A stretch of DNA of 63,348 nt, the filler included, from Salisapilia sapeloensis CBS 127946 (Eukaryota > Protista > Oomycota): NCBI GenBank assembly GCA_023334545.1. It is 12 parts of 12 records of this genome, joined end to end, with 100 filler letters (N's around TTAATTAATTAA, not from the genome) between each part and the next. Parts side by side here need not be neighbours in the genome. Positions count along the whole stretch, not along the records: positions 5,819 to 12,264 come from JAADVB010000564.1; positions 12,365 to 15,475 come from JAADVB010000787.1; positions 15,576 to 19,064 come from JAADVB010000749.1; positions 19,165 to 22,503 come from JAADVB010000763.1; 8 more parts are not named here. One strand, given 5' to 3'. A program made the translations under genes and the position numbers. The notes beneath the pieces are model-generated. The model ran no database searches. It was not told where the DNA came from and worked only from the letters and a program-made list of their open reading frames with translations. This document shows positions 11,560-22,603 of the stretch, one piece after another. The stretch's first letter is position 1. Each line of letters begins with the position of its first letter.

Positions 11560-12264
11560 GGAATAAAGTTAAGCAGAAAAGCTACTCTTCAAACGGCAAC
11601 TTGCTCATTACTTCAACTTAATGCACGAAAGTTAATGGATCTGCTTACTTGTAACTTTGAACGGACTGACAGTGTGCGTCTAAAGCTGCATATAGATAGA
11701 GCGATAGGCTGCGCAAAAATTGTATCTTTGACCCCCCTTTTGGAGGGGTATTTTAATGCTTGATACAAAGATCTAATCTATAAGAAGAGACCAACTGACC
11801 TATTTTCATTTATCTACACGTCCAATCAAATCTCTTAAACTACATTGTTATCTAAGTGCGTCCCTCTCACGCTCATCTCATCCCGCAACCGACTTTGTAT
11901 GATTCCCAGGCTTACTGCTGCCATTGCTTCTTCGTTCAGGGACTTTGGTGTTGTGCTCGAATATGGCTTCAATACAACATAAAGTCTGCCCTTCCACGAA
12001 TGATTCTCACCGTGGAAGGCTTCAGCAGTATTAATTATCATATTTGACAGTTTTTAGGCTATAAAGTAGTGCTGTATATGGTCATGTCTATATCATGAGA
12101 CGGTAGTAGTGTTAACCAATAGAAATCAACAGTCGGTACGTCATCAAGGGGAGGCTTAAACCAATATAACTGCATGGGAAGCTTGAAAACGTTGTTTGAA
12201 GACAAATCTGATGGTATATCCCCTTCAGAAGATCAGCAAGCAGTAGGTGACTAGGATAAACGGA

Positions 12265-12364
12265 NNNNNNNNNNNNNNNNNNNNNNNNNNNNNNNNNNNN
12301 NNNNNNNNTTAATTAATTAANNNNNNNNNNNNNNNNNNNNNNNNNNNNNNNNNNNNNNNNNNNN
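12265..12364. other. Artificial contig spacer
   Basis: 44 N + TTAATTAATTAA + 44 N. Confidence 0.97.
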
Positions 12365-12505
12365 ATTTCCCGAAAAGCCTCGAGCTACTCAAGACCACTG
12401 AGCGCTTCCCGACACCCGACTTCGACCTCCGACACGCTCGAGATCGAATCCAGACCTCTTACACTTCGAAAAATACGCAGCAACACACAGGACACTCGTA
12501 CTCTT
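12365..12505 (+). repeat. 141-bp inverted repeat, left arm (partner 15335-15475); upstream region of bZIP-like gene A
   Basis: Exact reverse complement of 15335-15475; both arms abut the contig ends. Confidence 0.95.
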
Positions 12506-12589
12506 CCAGAAAAGTAATTAATCACGGCGAAGACATCAGTTGCACATCCCAACGTCGCGAAGCAAGCAGCAAAGCGATCTCACGAAAAT

Positions 12590-13117
12590 ATGAACTCAAA
12601 CGGTAACAAGCAAGCCAGGAGGCAACCTTCTATTGCCAGTAGACCACAAGCGGACACTTACGGTTCTTCCAACTTTCCAGAAATGCCTGCGTCAGCGGAT
12701 GGTAGCCAGAATGCGAAGCGATCAAAAGCAAACTCACGTCAAGGCCGCAAAGTTATATTAAAGCAAGAAGTGAATCGTCTGCAAAGCATTGTGAACGACA
12801 TGCAGAGTCAAGTGGATAATGCATCTGTGGAAGTGCGAGAATTAAAAGGTCTCGTCAATCAGCTTGGCTCCAGTCATGCCGCTTCGGTGACTTCATCAAC
12901 GACGACTTCATCTCCGATGCCTTTATCTGCTGATGAGATGAATCTTGCAACCACAGACGGTGAGTCGTTCCCATACTTTCCGAGCGACATGGGCTTTGAC
13001 ATGAATGACTTGCACAATTACGATTCCAGCATGGCTCCGACTTCTTCCATGGCAAATGCGACAGATCCGAATCTTGGTCAGTTCGACTACTACGGATTCA
13101 ATGGCAAGTCGATGTAA
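12590..13117 (+). CDS. bZIP-like protein A (basic region + leucine zipper)
   Basis: KRSKANSRQGRK followed by heptads with V at a and L/M at d (LKQEVNRLQSIVNDMQSQVDNASVEVRELKGLVNQL); paralog of 14909-15316; may start at ACG 12524. Confidence 0.6.
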   Translation: MNSNGNKQARRQPSIASRPQADTYGSSNFPEMPASADGSQNAKRSKANSRQGRKVILKQEVNRLQSIVNDMQSQVDNASVEVRELKGLVNQLGSSHAASVTSSTTTSSPMPLSADEMNLATTDGESFPYFPSDMGFDMNDLHNYDSSMAPTSSMANATDPNLGQFDYYGFNGKSM

Positions 13118-14908
13118 AGTCTGGCCGAACGCGACTTCTGTGTGACTCACTTAGGACAACTTTTCGCTGATATTTATGCTGGGCAAGTGTGTATGAAAGC
13201 GGTGAGTGGAGCATTTTGCAAGGTGCCACATACGATAGTCAAGTATGCATGAAGTAGCTGGACCAAGTGATGAGTGTGATAAAAGGATCGAACAGATTTA
13301 AATAAATGAGCTGGAGCGTTATGGACTGTTTGGACACTTGTGTTGCCGCAAGCACACACCGCAGCTGGACCGGATTCAACTTTAAGGTCTGAGTTTGCCG
13401 GATTCGCCGCCCATGCATCGAACTTAGGACTCGACTTGAACGAATCTCAACAATCTAATCGACAATGGCTTTTGGATGATGCACATATCTTCACGAAGTA
13501 GTCATTGACTTGGTTACACGCTGGTCTTCTTCACTGGCATCTAGTTTTAGCTACCAGAAGTTAAGGTAGTTAGGCATATGTATCGATGTAAGCGCAATAC
13601 AGACTCGATGCGAATCGTGTTTCGACTATTTTGTTGATACTAGATGTGCTATACGTATACTTGCATCGAAATTTCTTATGTTAACGGCGTACGGTCTACC
13701 ATGCACTTTTTGCCCAGCTCTCTCATCTCAAGTAACACATCGCCGTGCAGTTTCTACATCGGATTAAAATTTACTGACTATATAAGCTTCAAGTGCCGCT
13801 CGCCCGGCGCGTGATTCCTTCTTTTAGCATTTTTCGCTGCTGGATGGAAAAAGAAGCCCTCCGTCCCGTCTCGCCCCCAAACTATCTACTTGTGTAGTCT
13901 CGGTCCATGCTCTGCACGAACAAGGGAGGAAATAATGGTGGCAATGGATGGCGACAGTGCCAAAAATTCTGCTACTGCACCAACGTCTACTCGTAAAAGG
14001 ATAGTGAAAAGGAGCATATCTTTCCCTGCAAAATTTTCCAGCGGCTCAATGACAAACTAGGGATACACATAAAAGAGAAAACCAAAGCGGGAGTGCGCCA
14101 GGTTACCAAAAATATTTTTCTGTAGGATTTACGCCATGACGGAAAGCAGAACCACTGCGATTGAAGTTGTTTGAAAACAGTGAAGAGTTGCCACAAATAC
14201 ATTGATGAGAGGTGTGTCAACTGAAAGAGAGACAATGTATATCTCTTCAACTCCAAACTGCCAGTGAGATCACAATACGATCAATATGGATGCAGCGATG
14301 TGTCGTATGCTCACTGAGTGATCACCAAAGAAAGCTTATGCGTAGACAATGCATTCTTTCATGATGCAACGATAACACTTGCTAGCATAAATATTTGCGT
14401 TTTTAGAATCTCTCGAAATTAACATCTATTCGGATAGCTACGTTCGCGTCGAACTTCGAAGAGGCTAGTATCTGTTCGCGGGAATGGGCAATGATCACTG
14501 TTACAGGATTTCTCGCCTCCGTTGGATTGCTGACGTAAATAGACCGCCCACGAGTGCGAATAAGTCGTAGCGCGGACACCAATCCTTGCTTCCGCTTCCA
14601 TACCGATCCTTCTTTTTGAACTTCCGCTTCGTATGCACACACTTTGTCAATTACCTTTCAATTAACTGATGACCGCGTCAAATCGTCCGAAGTCTAATCT
14701 TACACACAAACAACAAAAACGAGCCACTTCACAAGATGCAAACGACTCTCATGTATTTTTCGCTTCGTCGAACTTCATAAAAAATTGGATCTGTTCATGA
14801 TGTGCTGAAAGATTTCTCTGGGGGCTCGTCTTCTGGGCCTTGAACTCTGAAAACATGCTCCTTATAAAACCAACCGTGGTAGTTAAATTCATCTTCACAG
14901 CATTCGAT

Positions 14909-15316
14909 TTATGGCGCTGCCAGCAAATTCTCGAGCGTTGGTACTTCGTCCACGGGTTCGACGCTTTGTGGGGCACATAGTAGTGATACCATGTCTTTTA
15001 GTTCACCAATTTCGCTCGATGCCGCGTCCACTTGACTCTGCATGTCATTGACAATGGTCTGGAGGCGGTGCACTTCTTTCTTCAATATAACTTTGCGGCT
15101 TTGTCGACTTGTCTTCGATGTCTTTGCTCGCTTCGATTTATTTTCATCGCTACTAGACCGCTGCCCATGCACTTCATTCACAGCTCGGTTATCACCAATC
15201 CAGCTTGGAGATGCCGGAGATGATATTTGTGTAGGACTAGCAGCATCCATCTCATGGCGCGTCCGTTTCATAGCTTGCTTCGCCGTTGCTGCGTTTGAGA
15301 TCGTTGTGTTGGCCAT
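14909..15316 (-). CDS. bZIP-like protein B
   Basis: KRAKTSKTSRQSRKVILKKEVHRLQTIVNDMQSQVDAASSEIGELK, clearly homologous to protein A. Confidence 0.6.
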   Translation of the reverse strand: MANTTISNAATAKQAMKRTRHEMDAASPTQISSPASPSWIGDNRAVNEVHGQRSSSDENKSKRAKTSKTSRQSRKVILKKEVHRLQTIVNDMQSQVDAASSEIGELKDMVSLLCAPQSVEPVDEVPTLENLLAAP

Positions 15317-15334
15317 GGTTGCTGGGTAGTGGGA

Positions 15335-15475
15335 AAGAGTACGAGTGTCCTGTGTGTTGCTGCGTATTTTTCGAAGTGTAAGAGGTCTGGATTCGATCTC
15401 GAGCGTGTCGGAGGTCGAAGTCGGGTGTCGGGAAGCGCTCAGTGGTCTTGAGTAGCTCGAGGCTTTTCGGGAAAT
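15335..15475 (-). repeat. 141-bp inverted repeat, right arm (partner 12365-12505); upstream region of bZIP-like gene B
   Basis: Exact reverse complement of 12365-12505. Confidence 0.95.
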
Positions 15476-15575
15476 NNNNNNNNNNNNNNNNNNNNNNNNN
15501 NNNNNNNNNNNNNNNNNNNTTAATTAATTAANNNNNNNNNNNNNNNNNNNNNNNNNNNNNNNNNNNNNNNNNNNN
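15476..15575. other. Artificial contig spacer
   Basis: 44 N + TTAATTAATTAA + 44 N. Confidence 0.97.
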
Positions 15576-16105
15576 TGGCAACCTGTCAATCTTGTCTGCT
15601 CACTGACAGCGACACCCATCAGCGAGACAAGTATCTTCTAGGCCTTGGTCTGTGACCATCTTCAAGCTCTCAATACCGGGATGTTTCGTAGGACGAGCTG
15701 TTCTGATCTGAAATACAACGAACGAAATCTAATCGTGTCGAAGCATGTGGTGATATTCTGACCGCGATCGATATGTTTGGAGGGCGTAATGGTTTCGCGT
15801 ATCCAAGTGGTTCCACTTTGTGCAAGCGTATAATCATAGAAAGGTACTACGGCATGCGGTGTTTGTGATATAAGTACGGAGTTAGGATCTAAACGTACTG
15901 GTCGGCACGTCTGGAAAATCAGAACCCGACATGCAAAGCACTGCCTCCATCAGGGCGTACACCTATCGACGCAACGTCCAAACTGCAGCAAAGTATCCAA
16001 CTACTTCACGTGAAGTGAATCACCATGCCGACAGTGCCAGCCTCCCAAGACCTCACTTAACAACTTTCGCACTCCAGCTCAATTAAAACGACTCAACCCA
16101 GCACA

Positions 16106-16537
16106 ATGGTTCGCACGACGGCAATCCTCTTCATGGCTGTAGCGGCTCTCGCGACACAAGCTACCGAGGCAACCTACGGTCACAACGGTCTGCTTCGTGT
16201 AAACACTGCTGAATATGAAACCCCGTACGGAAACGGCGTTGCTGGTGTCGGTGCAGGAGCTGATGTCGGAGCTGGTGTCCATGGTGGTGTGGATGGTGCC
16301 GCTGGCGTTGGAGCTGGCGTCGGAGCTGGTGTTGGAGCCGCCGCCAATGGTGCCCTCAACGCTGCCGCTGGCCTCGGAGCCGGTGTTGGAGCTGCCGCAC
16401 ACGGTGCCCTCGACGCTGCCGCTGGCCTAGGAGCTGGTGTTGGAGCTGGCGTCGGAGGCTATGGAGCTGGTGTCGGTGCAGGCGCTGGAGCTGGTGCGGA
16501 CGCTGATGTCAACGCTGGCCACAACGGATACTACTAA
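16106..16537 (+). CDS. Small secreted Gly/Ala/Val-rich repeat protein
   Basis: Signal peptide MVRTTAILFMAVAALATQATEA; GAGVGA repeats; two 54-bp tandem units; ends in GHNGYY; consistent codon usage. Confidence 0.8.
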   Translation: MVRTTAILFMAVAALATQATEATYGHNGLLRVNTAEYETPYGNGVAGVGAGADVGAGVHGGVDGAAGVGAGVGAGVGAAANGALNAAAGLGAGVGAAAHGALDAAAGLGAGVGAGVGGYGAGVGAGAGAGADADVNAGHNGYY

Positions 16538-16739
16538 GGCGATTTATGGCACTGCCATAGAACTGAAGATCGTTTACTACTTTCGCCCACGCGGACGGGA
16601 TAGTACCTGCCCTCTCATTTGGAAGCTTAAAAGAATAAATGTGTGAGTTTGCTTCTGACACTTCACTCAAGTCCTCATTTCATTTTTATTTATAAATCTT
16701 ATTCCCTGGGTTTCCATGCTCCATACTACGTCCGGGATG

Positions 16740-18499
16740 CTATGCTGCCGCAGCATGACGCTTCCTCCTACCTCGATACACGTCATCCGGGCTGCTAGTG
16801 TGCTCCTTCCTCGCTCTCGCTTTCATCGCAGCGTGGTAGAAAGCGTCAAAGTTCTGCTCCGGCGACGGCATCTGCTTCATCGCCGCCTCCTCCTTCTCCA
16901 GCATCTTCCCTACTCGAGTCGACCTTCTCTCTCGCCGGATTCGTGACAGATGCTCTTGGTCGGTAAGCAGAGCATCAAGCTGCTGCTGCTGGTCCCTCCG
17001 TAGTTCCCGGAGCATCTGATTTGATGCCGAACGATGCGCCTTTTCGATCACCTGCCTCTCCTCCTGCTCCTTCTGAGTCTGTTCCTGCACCATTTGGATC
17101 TGTGTCGAGTAAAAGTGCTCGACAGCCTCCTCTCGCCTCGTGTGGTCTTTCTGAATGCGCTTGAGGATGGACGACGTCGCATGCCGCTCTTCTCGCAGCT
17201 TCTCTTTCTCGAGCTGCAGAGCTTGGGCCATCACCTGCTGTAGGTGGCGTTCCTCTTGCTCCTTCGCCTCCAACCCCACGGCTACACGTCGCAAGCGAAG
17301 GTCTTGCTCCAGCCTCTTCGATCGGATCTGGTGTGGCAGAGTGAGAACACGTCGCTGCTACTATTGAAAGAAACGGTCATCACCTTTTCGATGGCGGCGT
17401 TATGAGTTCCCACGCGATAGGAACGCTGCATTTCACGTCGCTTGCTTACTTCCTTCTGCCGCAGCTCTTGCAAGTGGTCTCGCAGCGCGATCTTGTAGCG
17501 CAGGAGCTCCTTGTCTGCTCTCGTATTCGCCCGCCTCGGACCTGGGCTAGATGTCTTTCGGACTCTGTCAAGCTGCTTGGTCGCCACTTTGCCACCTTCC
17601 TCCTCTACGCTAGAATGCACCTCTCTGACCTGCTTCTCAGACGCTGCGTTAGAAACAATGTCTTTGTGCGACGGTTTGGAAGTGTTGTGGCTGCTCGTGT
17701 CGGAGCGGAAGTGAGAAAAGTGGCGGGCAAAGTCGCCTTCCTCCTCCATGAAGTGGTCGCTCCCGCCCACGAGCGAGACAGAAGATACATCACCAAAGTA
17801 CATTCCCTCCGTCTTCGCCTGCGTCTCATTCCGATTCTCGAGCGCGGGATCGGCCTCTTCCTCGCGCTTCCCTCGGTCGCTCGAGACCGGACTGTCGGAC
17901 GTGTGGAGAGGCTCCCGACGTCCGCTGCTCTTGCGCTGTCGTAGAAAAGTAGACTCTTCGTCTCGCTTGCTTTTGCTGCTCGATTGCATGCGTCTTTTCA
18001 GACGATATGCAGAGCCACTCGAACGTAATCGGGCGCTCTCAACACTGGAGTCTGCTTTATGAGCCAGTGAAGGATGCGACTCATCCCTTGGGCTCTTCGA
18101 CCCGCCGTAAAGGGCGTCGTAGATGCGCTGGAGCAGTCGAACCATAACTTCCAAGCTGGACTCATCCCCCGCACACACCTTCTCACCAGTAAACATCGCG
18201 CTCTGCATCAACACACTGTCCTCGTTGTCCGCCAGTATCGTCGTCTGCTGTAGAGCTCCAGCCAGCCGATCCGCATTATCCACATAATCCTGTGCGTCTT
18301 GCGGTCGTCGGTTGATGCCGTCGATCTGGGACTGAAACAGACGCTCGTACAGCGCAACGCCCATGGAGGACGCGCTCACGACGAGCTCATCCCAGTCGTG
18401 GAATTTCCGGTCCTCCAGATCGAGGGTCTCTAGCAGCGTATTGGTTGCTTCCAGAAGCTTTTCGCGCCGGCTGGCGATAGAAGTATCCAACAACTGCAT
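16740..18499 (-). CDS. CEP95: CEP95-like centrosomal coiled-coil protein (intron 17328-17383; an upstream exon is possible)
   Basis: N-terminal ALYERLF...FTGEKVCAGDESSLEVMVRLL and C-terminal LEKEKLREERH...EHFYSTQIQMVQE...RELRR match CEP95 blocks; a 56-nt GT-AG intron joins the two ORFs in frame; a possible acceptor TTCCAG directly precedes the ATG. Confidence 0.65.
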
Positions 18500-19064
18500 C
18501 TGGAAGCAAGAAAGATCCTAGGAAATGCCGTTGATAGGCGAAGGAAGCGGGTTGACTGGGGGTTTCGCCTCTCGAAACGAGCTTTTTCAGTTTTGTGCTT
18601 TTAGAGTGTCTTTTCAGTGTCAAGTACCAGCGCGGTGCCATTTGAAGTACTCGTCTCTGCGCTTGTCTGGTCACAGGACGCGTTCGTCATCTTGGACAGA
18701 GATATGTCAAGGTAGTAGCAGTTTAATCTTTCTGGCAAGCACATCGTTCGTACTTGACACTAGTGATGGAAGTCCCTCGACCTCTCCAGCAGTCTCTAAA
18801 CACTCCGAATCCGTCGACAGTGACCAGACAGCAGCGATCTCGCAAATGAGAGCTACGAAATACGCTTATGGATGTTGTCCAATTGGCTGAGTCGGAGCTT
18901 CTATCAATGGGCTCCGGAGGTACTCGAAAAGCCGACAGGGATCTCAATATACGAGTCTCGAAGCTCGATTACCATACGGAAGAAAATATACTTTTCATAT
19001 CCGCGTGCTGCCAAGTGCAAAAGTATGACTGCTATAGATACAGCTAGGAGAACGAGTACAGCAA

Positions 19065-19164
19065 NNNNNNNNNNNNNNNNNNNNNNNNNNNNNNNNNNNN
19101 NNNNNNNNTTAATTAATTAANNNNNNNNNNNNNNNNNNNNNNNNNNNNNNNNNNNNNNNNNNNN
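19065..19164. other. Artificial contig spacer
   Basis: 44 N + TTAATTAATTAA + 44 N. Confidence 0.97.
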
Positions 19165-19426
19165 CATCAGCATATAGCTCCATGAAAACTCTCTTGCGCT
19201 TTCATTTAAATTAATCCTCCTATTACAGTAACCTGGTCTCGTAGAAGTTCATTTCATCGTATTGTCTTGCTTTGTCGCATCGTTTTGAAGCGTGCCCACT
19301 CATAGTATCGACTGGAAGAAACATCTCTCTGCTCGTTTTCATCTACATCGATCCCATTCTTCATCCTGCCTTCCAAGTAAAAGTATCAATTTCGCACGGG
19401 ACCAAATTGAACGAAAACGACTACCA

Positions 19427-22400
19427 ATGTCTATGTTTAGAATCCCAAGCAAGAATTTATACAACTACGCAAAATCAGGAGATGTAGAAGGTGTTCTCAA
19501 AATGATTCAAAAAGGTGCTGATGTAAACTGGAAGCTCTTTGAGGATGAGAAAAAGGGTATCCCCGCTTACAATGGAGGCGTTAGGTGGGCATGTCGAAGT
19601 GATCGAATATTATTTCCGTCATGATGCAGGAGACTTGACAATGAATAGTGACCATTCGACACCACTTCATTTTGCTGCCATGGAAGGGCATGTGGAAGTG
19701 TTAAATGTGCTGCTATAAGACAGAGCGTACGTGGATGTACAAGATTTAGACTTAAAAAGTCCATTTTATATCGATGCTGGAAAGGGTCAAGTTCAAGTTG
19801 TCAGTTTGCTCTCGCAGATGGGAGCGGACGTTAATAAGCAGAATAAGCATCCTGCAACTCCGCTGCACATTGCCGCTGGAAAAGGACAAATGGAGGTTGT
19901 TAAATTGCTGCTAGTGAATGGTGTAGACGTTGATAAACAAGGTGGCTACGATTTCACTGCACATTGCTGCGAAAGAAGGTCAAGTGGAGGCGACAAAGGT
20001 GCTTTTACAACACGGTGCAGACACGAATAAAGAGGATGGAAATGGATATACCCCACTCCATCGCTCTGTCCAAGAAGGATAGGTAGAGACTACCAGTGTG
20101 CTGCTACAAAACCATGCAGACGTCGATATACTTAATAAGCATAATGCTACCCCACTTCACACTGCTGCGAGTAAAGGACAGACCGAGATGCTAAATTTGC
20201 TGCTAAAGCATGGAGCTGATGTTAATAGTCCAAATCTACAGGGTACAACCCTGCTTCATATGACTGTCGAAGGAGTAAAAGTAAGAGCGTCAGACGTGCT
20301 ACTACAGTCTGATGCAAAACGTCCATAGCCAGGATGAAAGCAACTCTACTCCACTCCACTATGCTACTCGAGAAGGACAAGTGGAGTCGGCAAAGCTACT
20401 TTTAGAAAATGGAGCAGGCATCATTGCGCCGAATGTGTTTTGCATGACCCCATTCCATATTGCTGCTTCATTGAGTTGAACTGCAATTACAAAGCTTTTG
20501 GCTGAATAGGGAGCTGATCTAGACGCGAAAGACGACATCGATCGAACGGTCATGCAATGTATAGTCAGAAGGCTGATGAAGCGAATGTGATGCTCATCCT
20601 GAGATCATTTGCAAGTCTGTCGATAGCGATAAAGAGTGGAAACCGGAGAGTCTTGCGAGGCATTTCACGTCGTACATGTGCTCGAAAGTCCGTGAGCGAG
20701 ATGGTACCTGGCTATAGCAAAGTTCAAAACGCCATAGGTCATCTTACGGACTGGATATGGAAACATAAGCTCATCCGTCTTACACGTGAGCATCGAGTGG
20801 AAATGATGTATTTCGCTTTTGAGACGAATAGTAATTGTAAGAAGGATGCGATCTTCAAATAGATCGATGACAAAAAGTCGATTGAAACAGCGACATTCTG
20901 GGACGGATCGACCTTATTCCAACGAGCAATGACTTATCATAATGTAGCAGTGCTGGAGCGAATGCTATGCTTTGGCCTGAATACTTTCGAGGGTATAGGC
21001 AGCAGCAGGCCCACGTCCATCTTGCGTTGGCTGATCATTCGAAAGTCAGTAGATGAGATGGCAGCTAGCTATGAAAACCTGAAACCTGCTGCTGATACTC
21101 TACCGGAATCCAATCGAAAATGTACACTCATGAGAGTCATGCATGGTTTCAAAGTCGAAATACTATACTCGGCATTCGAGAGAAGTGATACGAACAAAAG
21201 AGATGCCATCATCACTTGGATCAACAACATGAATTGGGTCTAAATCGCAAAGTATGTGGACGGATCGGCCTTGATGCAGCGTGCAGCTCAATCTCAAAAT
21301 GTTCCTGCTCTGGAGCGCATGATATGCTATCGACTCGATCCTTACACGAGAATTGAAGACCATCAGCTGACGTCGGTTTCAGATGGAAGGCACCAGCTAA
21401 AGGATGAGACACAAGAGATGTGCATCGAGATCATGAAGCTCCGGTAGGTGAAGTGTCTTCAGAAACTAATGGGGAGTCAAGATATGTCAGTAAATGATAG
21501 AGCCGAATGTTTAAGCTTCATGCTCTTCTTTTCAATATTCAAGCATGAGGTCCGAACCACCCAACACTTCGCCATGGATCACTTTGAAGAAACAAAGCTC
21601 AAGGTGTTCATTCGAAAAGCTTTGGCGATGACAACAAGCCGCTGTTTTGTCTATAAAGACAGCAGTAGGAACTTTTGCATTAAACTCATCATCGAATTAA
21701 GAAAGCGAGAGTTTTTGTCGGAAGAAGAGAAAGAAATTTATCTCTACGAAGCGATTAAAGTAAACGTGGAGAATTCGCCCTGGGTACGAGGGATCAAACT
21801 CTTTATCCAGGAGCTCGATGAGCGGATGACGACCACTAAGCGAGCATTAGAAACACTTCATGGCAACTTTAATAAGCTCGTGGCAGCATTTAAGGAAAAG
21901 GGAGAACGGGACGAGAAGAATCGAAAGATCCGCCTCGCCATAGCGCTTACTTGTGCATCGCTCGCTCTCTTCGGAGGTTCGGCGATTAAAGCGCTGCTAG
22001 AGACTGTGGTTTTTATGAACCATCATGGGCTTGTACTCGATGCCATCACAAATACATCAAGAAATTTCGTGAACGACATAGTGATAAAAGAAGGTATTAA
22101 GCGCATTCTTGAAGACGCTGCCATCCACCCAGAAGACTATGTAGCCAGATTTCAAGAAGCAGAGGTAAGATTGAACATTAGAAACGAGTCACAAGAGTTC
22201 ATAGGCATGAATCAAGCTGACGAGAAGAGTGCTGGCAAAGCACGTCGACTAAGCATGTGGGATGTTGTCAAGATGATCCGAAAACAGCAGAAGGAGAGAA
22301 GGAAAAGATATGCTGGAATCGAATGTGTCTGTCATCACAGTTCGGAGCCACCAGCTCTAAAGTCCAGTTTCATGGATAGATCCAAGATCCCGAAAAAAAT

Positions 22401-22500
22401 TCGAGCTCATCCACTCCACTATGACACACGTTCTAGTAGAAGAGACGAAACGGAATTTGTAAAATTAGCCAAAAAGTTATATCAGATGATCTCATCGTAA
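19427..22500 (+). pseudogene. Ankyrin-repeat protein pseudogene with duplicated 119-aa unit and C-terminal coiled coil/hydrophobic segment
   Basis: About 10 ANK repeats (TPLHFAAMEGH, TPLHIAAGKGQ, TPLHTAASKGQ, GADVN) with several stops and frameshifts in 19427-20550; 20557-22500 is one frame with 3 in-frame stops. Confidence 0.8.
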
Positions 22501-22503
22501 ACG

Positions 22504-22603
22504 NNNNNNNNNNNNNNNNNNNNNNNNNNNNNNNNNNNNNNNNNNNNTTAATTAATTAANNNNNNNNNNNNNNNNNNNNNNNNNNNNNNNNNNNNNNNNN
22601 NNN
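22504..22603. other. Artificial contig spacer
   Basis: 44 N + TTAATTAATTAA + 44 N. Confidence 0.97.

Noticed and set aside
20557-22500. In-frame TAG/TAA as stop-codon reassignment or readthrough
   Set aside because: Intact genes here terminate at TAA/TAG, the stops align with W/E codons of the sister repeat, and the upstream part has frameshifts.
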